From Nannocystis bainbridge (GTDB taxonomy: Bacteria > Myxococcota_A > Polyangia > Nannocystales > Nannocystaceae), in assembly GCF_028368995.1 (NCBI RefSeq), contig NZ_JAQNDL010000001.1:1664001-1728000 (forward strand): a stretch of 64,000 bases of DNA. The letters run 5' to 3'. Shown here one piece after another: positions 51,525 to 59,135 of this stretch (position 1 is its first letter; every line of letters starts with the position of its first letter). Under the pieces are notes generated by a model. That model saw only the letters and a list, made by a program, of their open reading frames with translations. It made no database searches and had not been told where the DNA came from. A program made the translations under genes and the position numbers.

Positions 51525-52658
51525 ATGGCCCCCCGCCACTGCCTCGCCCTCCTGCTCCTCCTCGGCCCCGCCTGCGGCGACGACGGCCCCGAGCTGACCG
51601 GCGCCGTCGATCCCAGCGCCACCGGCACGCCCTCGACCACGCCCGGCCCCTCGACCACGCCCGGCGGCACCACCGACGACGACCCCACCGAGGGCACGGA
51701 CAGCGACGGTGAGCCCACGACCGGCCCCGGCACCACCGACGAAGGCACCACCGGCGAGCCCGGCACCGGCGAGGCCACCACCAGCAGCGAGACCGGCGAG
51801 CCGGCCGCGACCGCCCCGCTCGTCGCCTACCTCACCCGCAACGCCGCCGGCCAGACCCACCCCGAGGACGTGCCCGAGGAGGCCGACCTCTGCCCCGCCG
51901 GCTGGACCCACCTCGGCGGCTCGAGCTTCAGCGCCGTGTGCCTGCTCGACGCGCCCGGCACCATCGTCAACGTCACCCGCAACGCCGCCGGCCAGTTCTA
52001 TCCCGAGGACGTGCCCGAGGAGGCCGACCTCTGCCCCGCCGGCTGGACCTACCTCGGCGGCACCGGCTTCAACGCCGTCTGCATGACCGACCAGCGGCTC
52101 ACCGTCGCCTATCTCACCCGCAACGCCGCCGGCCAGTTCTACCCCGAAGACGTGCCCGAGGAGGCCGACCTCTGTCCCGCCGGCTGGGACTACCTCGGCG
52201 GCTCCGGCTTCGCCGCCGCCTGCAGCACCGCCGAGGCGCGCTCGATCGTCAACGTCACCCGCAACGTTGACGGCCAGTTCTACCCGGAGGACGTGCCCGA
52301 GGAGGCCGACCTCTGCCCCGCCGGCTGGGACCACCTCGGCGGCACCGGCTTCAACGCCGTGTGCGCCGGCGACGAGGGCCTCGCCCTCGCCTACCTCACC
52401 CGCGACGCCGAGGGCCAGACCTACCCCGAAGACGTGGCCGAGGAGGCCCAGATCTGCCCCGCCGGCTGGGACTACCGCGGCGGCTCCGGCTTCGCCGCCG
52501 CCTGCTCGCAGGCCAGCGCGTCGGCGATCGCCAACCTCACCCGCAACGCGGCCGGCCAGACCTACCCCGAGGACGTGGCCCAGGAGGCCCAGATCTGCCC
52601 CGCCGGCTGGACCCACCTCGGCGGCAGCAGCTTCGCCGCCGTCTGCCAGCAGCCCTGA
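51525..52658 (+). CDS. Lipoprotein with six 47-aa Cys-containing tandem repeats
   Basis: LGPAC lipobox, Thr-rich stalk, unit TRNAAGQxYPEDVPEEADLCPAGWxYLGGxGFxAxC; GGAG RBS. Confidence 0.88.
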   Translation: MAPRHCLALLLLLGPACGDDGPELTGAVDPSATGTPSTTPGPSTTPGGTTDDDPTEGTDSDGEPTTGPGTTDEGTTGEPGTGEATTSSETGEPAATAPLVAYLTRNAAGQTHPEDVPEEADLCPAGWTHLGGSSFSAVCLLDAPGTIVNVTRNAAGQFYPEDVPEEADLCPAGWTYLGGTGFNAVCMTDQRLTVAYLTRNAAGQFYPEDVPEEADLCPAGWDYLGGSGFAAACSTAEARSIVNVTRNVDGQFYPEDVPEEADLCPAGWDHLGGTGFNAVCAGDEGLALAYLTRDAEGQTYPEDVAEEAQICPAGWDYRGGSGFAAACSQASASAIANLTRNAAGQTYPEDVAQEAQICPAGWTHLGGSSFAAVCQQP

Positions 52659-52662
52659 ATCA

Positions 52663-52742
52663 TCGCGTGCGCCTTCGGACATGCTCGAAAAAGCATGTCC
52701 GAAAGCACATTGTCCCGAAGACATGTCTTTTCAGGCATGTCC
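52663..52742. repeat. GACATGTC 14-bp-pitch array (6 units)
   Basis: Cores at 52666, 52680, 52694, 52708, 52722, 52736. Confidence 0.95.
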
Positions 52743-52823
52743 TTTTATTCCCGAGCAATCGGCGCCTGGCCCACCGCCCCGGCCATCGGCCTCAGCTCCG
52801 CGACCGCGCTCACGCCGGGCCAC

Positions 52824-53136
52824 GCCCGGCGACCCTGGAGCCTCCGAGCGTGCATAACCTCGACCGCGCTGACCCAGCGACGCGCACACGGGCGTCCGCG
52901 TCGAGCGCCCGCTTGATGGCGACGACCTCGACCTGTCGCATTCCCGCCCGGCGACCCTGGAGCCTCCGAGCTCGCATGCCCCGATCGCGCTGGCCCACCG
53001 ACGCGCCCACGGGCGTCCGCGTCGAGCGCCCGCCGCATGGCGACGAGCTCGCCGGCCACGACCTGTAGCGTTCCGCCGCCCGACGACACTGGAGCCTTCG
53101 AGCTCGCATGCCCCCGACCCGCGCCTGGCCCACCGA
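52824..53136. repeat. Intergenic tandem repeat, about 122-132-bp unit x2.5
   Basis: GCCCGGCGACCCTGGAGCCTCCGAGC-like starts at 52824, 52946 and 53078; shared CACGGGCGTCCGCGTCGAGCGCCCGC block in the first two units. Confidence 0.85.
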
Positions 53137-53357
53137 CCTGCACGCACACCTGACGGACGGCCTGCGGGCGCCCGCCTTCCCGTGACGCGGCGCCCGCGCG
53201 GTCCGGCGTGGGCGCGCCGGACCGCGCGGGCCGAGGATGCCGCGCGCCGCCGCCACCGGCCTGCCGCCTCGCCTCGCCGCGGCTCCAGAGCCCCCACGAA
53301 AAATTTCTCCGCCCTCGTGTAGGGTTCTTTCGGCTGGCGACACTCGAGCCCTGCAGG

Positions 53358-54533
53358 ATGAACGAACTGCTGCTCATCGACCTCACCGCCTGGATCGGCG
53401 AGAAGCTCTTACTGCTCGTGCTGGGGCTGGGGCTGCTCACCATGTTGGTGATGCCGGCGATGCGGCTGTCGGCGCTGGCGGTCGGCACGGCGCGCTGGCT
53501 GGCGCTGGCCGTGCCGCGGCTGCTGCGGCGCCGCGCCCTCGCCGGCGAGCCGTCGCGGCCGCTGCAGCTCGGCGGCCTCTCGGGCCCGCTCGCGCGGCTG
53601 ATCCGCCAGACCCGCACCCTCGCGCTCGAGCTGCGCCGCTCGAGCGACGCCGCCGTCGACTGGCCCGTCGAGCCGGCCCAGCCCGATCCGCCGCGCAGCG
53701 GCTGGCGCGAGCTGCTGCTCGGGGTCGCCGACGCCAACGCCCCGCTCACGGCGATCCGCGGCGACGTATTCGCCTGGATCGGCACGGTCGAGGCCATGTC
53801 GGCCAGCGATCGCCAGCTGCTGGTCGGGCTCGGCGTCGAAGTCGAAGCGGTCCGCCGCGCGCTGACCGACGAGGGCGCGCCGGTCGAGATCGTGCGGGCC
53901 CTCGCCGGCCTGCTGTGGAGCATCGACGAGCGGCTCGCCACCGTCGGCGCGTTCGGCTATCGCGGCACCAGCGTCGTCCAGGCCGCGCTGCCGGGCACGA
54001 GCGCGCGGGCGCTGACGACCGGCGGCGACGAGGACGAAACCCGGGCCCGCCGCGGGCGCTGGGCCGGGACGGTGGCCGAGCACGGCCCCGGGCTGTCGCA
54101 GATGGCCGCCAGCTACTCGCGCGGCGCGGCCGACCGCGCCGACCTCGAGCAGGACATCGCCCTCGCGCTGTGGCGCGCGCTGCCGCTGTTCCGCGGCGAG
54201 TCGTCGCTCAAGACTTTTGCTTATCGGGTCGCCCGCTACTGTTGTTTCCGCCACGTCCGCCGGCGCAAGGACTTCGACGCGAGCGTCGACCCGGCCAGCG
54301 TCGCCGACCCGGCCGCCAGCATCGAGTCGGCGATGCTGCGCGCCGACCAGCGCGCCCGCATCGAGCAGGCATTGACCGACCTGCCCGACAACCTCGAGTC
54401 GGTGATGACGCTGCACCTCTCCGGCCAGTCGTACGCGCAGATCGCCGAGACCCTCGGCATCACCGAGCGCAACGTCTCGGTCCGCCTGTCCCGCGCCCGC
54501 GCCCGCCTGCGCCGCCAGCTCGTCGCCGCCTGA
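53358..54533 (+). CDS. ECF sigma factor with long N-terminal membrane-anchored extension
   Basis: N-terminal hydrophobic helix; C-terminal DRADLEQDIALALWRALPLFRGESSLKTFAYRVA and SYAQIAETLGITERNVSVRLSRAR. Confidence 0.85.
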   Translation: MNELLLIDLTAWIGEKLLLLVLGLGLLTMLVMPAMRLSALAVGTARWLALAVPRLLRRRALAGEPSRPLQLGGLSGPLARLIRQTRTLALELRRSSDAAVDWPVEPAQPDPPRSGWRELLLGVADANAPLTAIRGDVFAWIGTVEAMSASDRQLLVGLGVEVEAVRRALTDEGAPVEIVRALAGLLWSIDERLATVGAFGYRGTSVVQAALPGTSARALTTGGDEDETRARRGRWAGTVAEHGPGLSQMAASYSRGAADRADLEQDIALALWRALPLFRGESSLKTFAYRVARYCCFRHVRRRKDFDASVDPASVADPAASIESAMLRADQRARIEQALTDLPDNLESVMTLHLSGQSYAQIAETLGITERNVSVRLSRARARLRRQLVAA

Positions 54534-54675
54534 GCGCGAGCGCTGCGTCGCCCGCTCGGCGCAGCGCTGCGTCACCTGCTCGGCGCGCTGCACGAGCGCA
54601 GCGCAGCGTCACCCGCTCGTCGCCGCCCGAGCGCGGCCCGGCGCAGCGCCGCCCGCTCGTCGCCGCCCGAGCGCG
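54518..54675. repeat. Short dispersed direct repeats copying the sigma gene end
   Basis: GCTCGTCGCCGCC(T/C)GAGCGCG at 54518, 54615 and 54655. Confidence 0.7.
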
Positions 54676-54676
54676 A

Positions 54677-56614
54677 TCAGAACGCCGCCTCCATCTCGAC
54701 CAGCCGCTCCTCGAAGTCCATCTGCTTGCGCGGCGCCGCGGGGCTCGGTGAGGCCGTCTCCTGCATCTGCTTGCGCTTCACGTCGAGCACCAGCGACGGC
54801 GGATACTCGACCTGATACGAGACCCGGAACGAGCGCTCCTCGCGGGCCGCGAGCGTCACCGTCCAGCGCACGATGCCCTTGACGTCGGCCTTCTCGCTCG
54901 GTCCAATGCGCACGTTGCTGACCCGCACGTCGCTGTTCTCCGCCACCGGGATGCGCTCGGCCAGCACCACCGTGACCGGCCGCTCCGACAGGTTGCGCGC
55001 CTTGCTGACGAACGACAGCTGCATGCGGTTGCGGGCGTTGCGTTGCAGCGAGCTCTGATGCCGGTCGAGCTCGCGCGCCAGCTTGACCTGATCGGCGACG
55101 CTGAAGAACAGCGAGAAGTCCTCGTCCCGGGCCACGAAGTCGATATCGGTCATGCCGAGGAACGCCCCGTCCTGGTAGCGGGCGACCCCGCCGGGCAGCA
55201 GCGCCTGCTCGGTCTTGTTGGTCATCTCGAGCGTGACCGCGGCGTTGAGTGATTCTTCGGGCGCGGCGATGATGCGGCGCTGGGCCTTGATCCGGCTGCT
55301 GCCGATGCGGACCCGGATCGATCTCCCGTCGGACCTGGCGATCACCGGGTCGCGGGCGACGAAGTGAGCCGTCGTCCCGCGCGTCTGCAGGCCCGCGAAG
55401 ATCTCGACCGTCTTGCTCTGCACCCGCTCCAGCAGCGCCAGGTTGCTCGAGTACGAGCGCTCGAACTGCTCGACCTCCGAGATGCGCTTCGCGGCCGCCT
55501 GGTTCATGCGGTTCCAGTGCACGTTCTGCTCGGCGAACTTCTGCTGCGCCGTGGTGAACGAAGTCAGCTCCCGCGTCACGCTGCGCGACACCTCCGGGCC
55601 CTTGCCCAGCGCCAGCATCTCGAGCTCCGGGATCCGCTCGCTGTCGGACGACGACTGGGTCGAGAACGACAGCTCCGCGTGACTCCAGTCCTCGCCCGTC
55701 GTCTGCGTGACCACGGCGAACGACGTCAGCTCCACCGCCTCGGGGTCGCTCGCGCCCGACCGCACCTCGTGCATCGGCTCCCACGTCGCCCCGGGCGTCG
55801 CGTAGGTCAGCGTCAACGTCGCCTCGCCCGCCGCGCTGCCCTGCACCGTCACCAGCACCATCGTCTCCTCGAGCCGGGTCAGGCGGCTCAGCTCCTCGAG
55901 GTTGCGCGCGCTGGCCTCGACGTCGGGCGCCAGCAGCTCGCGCGCGGCCCGGGCGTCGCGCCGCGACGACGCGGTCTTGCGCAGCGTGCCGGACACGAAC
56001 TCGATGACCTCGCCGTAGCTGTCGACCTTGATCTCGCGCTTGACCCCGTCGTCGCCGAGCTTCTCGAGCGAGAACACCTTGATGGACTCGACGTGCTTCT
56101 GCTGGGCGTCGAGGATCGCCAGCTCGTCGTCGAGCGCTTGCAACTTCTGCAGCAGCTCCTTGTGCCGCAGCTCGGCCTTGCGGAACCCCTCGTCGGTCGA
56201 GCGGGCCAGAAACCGCCGCTCGACGCTCACGTCGACGATCTTGCCGGCGCTGGTCGAGGCCCGCACCGAGCCCTCGTCGACCCACCCCGGCAGCTTCTTG
56301 AACCGAAACACCTTGGGCTCGTTCGTCAAGCTCACGCGGGCGTCGCGGCTGACCAGGGCGCGGTCCGAATACACGGTGACCCGGCCGATGCGCGAGGTCA
56401 CCCCGCGCTCCGCGGGGTCCTCGGGCCCGTCGGCGACCGCCGCCGCGAGGGCGAACACGGGCGGCGGGGGCTCCTCCGGCCGGCCCTTCGAGGGGACCGC
56501 GGCCCGGGTGGCGCACCCGGCGACGAGCGTAAAAAGGACGGTGAACGACTTCCAGACGAAGGGCCGCGGCAAAGTGGTCGATTGTACGTCGGACGGCCCC
56601 CGCCGATCTGCCAC
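54677..56614 (-). CDS. DUF4140/DUF4139 (MuiA-like) lipoprotein
   Basis: VTVYSDRALVSR, VTQTTGEDW..LSFST, LLPG....DGAFLG, ERIPV, VRW; LVAGC lipobox; start uncertain. Confidence 0.88.
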   Translation of the reverse strand: MADRRGPSDVQSTTLPRPFVWKSFTVLFTLVAGCATRAAVPSKGRPEEPPPPVFALAAAVADGPEDPAERGVTSRIGRVTVYSDRALVSRDARVSLTNEPKVFRFKKLPGWVDEGSVRASTSAGKIVDVSVERRFLARSTDEGFRKAELRHKELLQKLQALDDELAILDAQQKHVESIKVFSLEKLGDDGVKREIKVDSYGEVIEFVSGTLRKTASSRRDARAARELLAPDVEASARNLEELSRLTRLEETMVLVTVQGSAAGEATLTLTYATPGATWEPMHEVRSGASDPEAVELTSFAVVTQTTGEDWSHAELSFSTQSSSDSERIPELEMLALGKGPEVSRSVTRELTSFTTAQQKFAEQNVHWNRMNQAAAKRISEVEQFERSYSSNLALLERVQSKTVEIFAGLQTRGTTAHFVARDPVIARSDGRSIRVRIGSSRIKAQRRIIAAPEESLNAAVTLEMTNKTEQALLPGGVARYQDGAFLGMTDIDFVARDEDFSLFFSVADQVKLARELDRHQSSLQRNARNRMQLSFVSKARNLSERPVTVVLAERIPVAENSDVRVSNVRIGPSEKADVKGIVRWTVTLAAREERSFRVSYQVEYPPSLVLDVKRKQMQETASPSPAAPRKQMDFEERLVEMEAAF

Positions 56615-56642
56615 CCCCGACGCGCGCCCCCGCTCGCCCCGC

Positions 56643-57728
56643 TCAGAGCTTCACGGTCGGCGGGACGATCAGCGGCACCGGCTCGGGCGCAGCCACGATC
56701 ACGTCCGGGTGGCGGAACGCCTCGAACAGCGACAGCGCCACCGCGATCACCACCGGCCCGAGGACGATGCCGACGAACCCGAACAGCCGCAGCCCGCCCA
56801 GCACCGCGAAGAAGATCAGCAGCTCGTGGAGCTCGGTCCGCTTGCCGACCAGGCGCGGGCGCAAAAAGTTGTCGATGAGGCCGATGGCGAAGATGCCCCA
56901 CACCGTGAGGAGGATCGCCTTGATCCAAGCGCCCTGGATCGCCAGGTAGATCGCCGCGGGTACCCAGACCAGGAACGCGCCGATCAGCGACATGAAGATC
57001 ATCACCACGCCCCACAGCAGCGCCGAGGGCACGCCCAGGACCCAAAACGCCAGCCCACCGAGCGTGCCCTGGATCGCGGCGACCACCAGACCGCCGTAGA
57101 TGCTCGCGGCCACGACCTCGCGCACGCGCAGCAGCAGCGCCCGCGTCGGCTGGTTGCGCAGCGGGATCGCCGTCGCCAGCGCGTCGCGGATCGTCAGGCC
57201 GTCGCGGAAGAAATAGAACATCACGAACAGCGCCAGCAGCGAGCCGACCAGCATCGTCGCGGCGTTCTGCACCACGTACAGCATGCGCGTCGCCAGCTCG
57301 CCGCCGAGGGTGCTCAGGTACTCGGTGACCTGGACCCGGATGTGCAGGACGTCCATGCGCTCGTTGAGCCAGCGGACGGCGGAGCCGGTGGTGGCCGACG
57401 ACGGATCGGTCAAGCTCGCCACTGCCCCCTGCAGGCTGCTGACGGCCGGGCCGATCTCGCGGAACATCGCCCAGCCGATCAGCGCCAGCGGCAGGCCGAT
57501 CAGCAGGACCACGATCAGGCACGCCAGCAGCGCGCTGAGGTTGGGCCGCCGCGTCCGTTGCAAGATCCGCCGATGCACCGGCTCGAGCGTGATCGTGAGC
57601 ACGCTGGCCCACGCCAGCACGTCGATGAACGGCACGAGCATCAGCCAGCACAAATAAAGCGTGCCGCTCAGGGCGGCGACGAGGATGATCCAGCGGGCCT
57701 TCTCGCGGTTGTCGATCGAGTTGTTCAT
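56643..57728 (-). CDS. AI-2E family transporter (YdiK/PerM-like)
   Basis: FYFFRDG, AAIQG, IDNFLRPRLVG, GGLRLFGFVGIVLGP. Confidence 0.92.
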   Translation of the reverse strand: MNNSIDNREKARWIILVAALSGTLYLCWLMLVPFIDVLAWASVLTITLEPVHRRILQRTRRPNLSALLACLIVVLLIGLPLALIGWAMFREIGPAVSSLQGAVASLTDPSSATTGSAVRWLNERMDVLHIRVQVTEYLSTLGGELATRMLYVVQNAATMLVGSLLALFVMFYFFRDGLTIRDALATAIPLRNQPTRALLLRVREVVAASIYGGLVVAAIQGTLGGLAFWVLGVPSALLWGVVMIFMSLIGAFLVWVPAAIYLAIQGAWIKAILLTVWGIFAIGLIDNFLRPRLVGKRTELHELLIFFAVLGGLRLFGFVGIVLGPVVIAVALSLFEAFRHPDVIVAAPEPVPLIVPPTVKL

Positions 57729-58084
57729 CGTCGGGTGTCTGGCGGGGGGCGCGTCGCCAGGTCTCGCCTCGACCATCACCGTGATCGCGGTTGCACAAGT
57801 GCTCGCTCCGCCTAGCATCCACCCACGCGCCAGGAGCCCCGCGTCGGCCCACCCGCGCGCCGCCGGTCGGGGCTTGAAGTGGCGCCCCGGCCCGTCCGCG
57901 CACATCGCGGCGAGGCGAAGCCCGCGCTCCCGTCCCCGCGGCGTGCTCGACGACGTCGGCCCGCCCCGCGCCGGAGACCGGCGTTCGTGGCGACCGGCCC
58001 GCGGCGCCGATCGGGTCGCCCCTGGCCGACCCCGGCGACGGCGGGGCGTCTCCACTCGCCAGCCGCGCCGGCGACTGCCATCCA

Positions 58085-58852
58085 TCACAGCAGCGTCGCG
58101 TAATCGAAGCCCGACTCGGTCACGAGGTGCACGCCCGGCGTCACCTCCACGAGCGGCGTCTCGCAGGTCGCGTCGATCGCCATGCGCGCGCCGTACAGCG
58201 GACCGGGCACCATGAACGGCGCCGACACGTGGGTGTCGAGCCGGCCGGAGATCCACAGCGTCGCGCCGACGGTGGTCTTGACGATCACCAGCGGGCTGTC
58301 GGCCGGCGTCGAGCCCTTGTTCCACGACTCGCTCCACTTCGGGCTCGCCGAGCTCGCGCCGATCTGGACGCTACAGTTTGCCCGCCCGTCGTAGAGGCCC
58401 GACCCGTCCCACGCGACCGACAGCTCGGCGCGGAAGGTCAGCGTCACCGGCGTGTTCTTCGGCAAGCTGGCGGAGGCGACCACGAAGCGATCGACGAAGC
58501 GGTTGCTGGTGTTGGCCGCGACCGCGGCGGGGAAGCTGGTCGCCTGGACCCGCGCGGCCTCGGCGGAGACGTGGCTGGACAGCGAACCCAGGTCGCTCCA
58601 GGCGAACGCCGCCGCGTCGGAGTAGAGGATCTGCGTGGAGTAATAGGCCCAGGTGGTGCCGGCCGGGTCGTGCTGCGCGTCGGCCGAGGTCTGGCCCGTC
58701 AGCGGCCCGACATACGCGGCCCCGCTGCCCGGCATGCCGCCGGTGACCGCGTGCGCGGTGACCGAGTAGTTCGGGCCCGCCGCCCGCGCCGGCGCGGCCG
58801 CTGCGAACGACGAGAGACAGGCGACAGCCACCGAGGTCGTCCAAAAGTGCAT
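58085..58852 (-). CDS. Hypothetical secreted beta-rich protein
   Basis: Sec signal ending in ARA-A; Ser/Thr/Ala-rich; coding-like codon bias. Confidence 0.75.
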   Translation of the reverse strand: MHFWTTSVAVACLSSFAAAAPARAAGPNYSVTAHAVTGGMPGSGAAYVGPLTGQTSADAQHDPAGTTWAYYSTQILYSDAAAFAWSDLGSLSSHVSAEAARVQATSFPAAVAANTSNRFVDRFVVASASLPKNTPVTLTFRAELSVAWDGSGLYDGRANCSVQIGASSASPKWSESWNKGSTPADSPLVIVKTTVGATLWISGRLDTHVSAPFMVPGPLYGARMAIDATCETPLVEVTPGVHLVTESGFDYATLL

Positions 58853-59018
58853 GCCCGGTGAGCGCCGTCAGCCAGCCCCGAGGATCGCGCCGGCCGACGC
58901 CGTGTGAACGCACGCGGCACGCCGTGAACCGGTTTGCCGCGCGGCCTACATGGAAATCCCGCCCGCGACCCGCGAGGGGCGGCGCTCGGCGCTCACCCAC
59001 GACTGATTCTGCTCTCAT

Positions 59019-59070
59019 GGACATGTCCATGAGAGCATGTACTTTTAAACATGTTTAATACGACATGTCC
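59019..59070. repeat. GACATGTC 14-bp-pitch array (4 units)
   Basis: CATG at 59022, 59036, 59050, 59064. Confidence 0.95.
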
Positions 59071-59135
59071 TATCGTTTCAATCGTTATCATCGGCAGCGC
59101 ACTGCCGGCCTCATGCGAGGTTGGCACGCGGCCGC

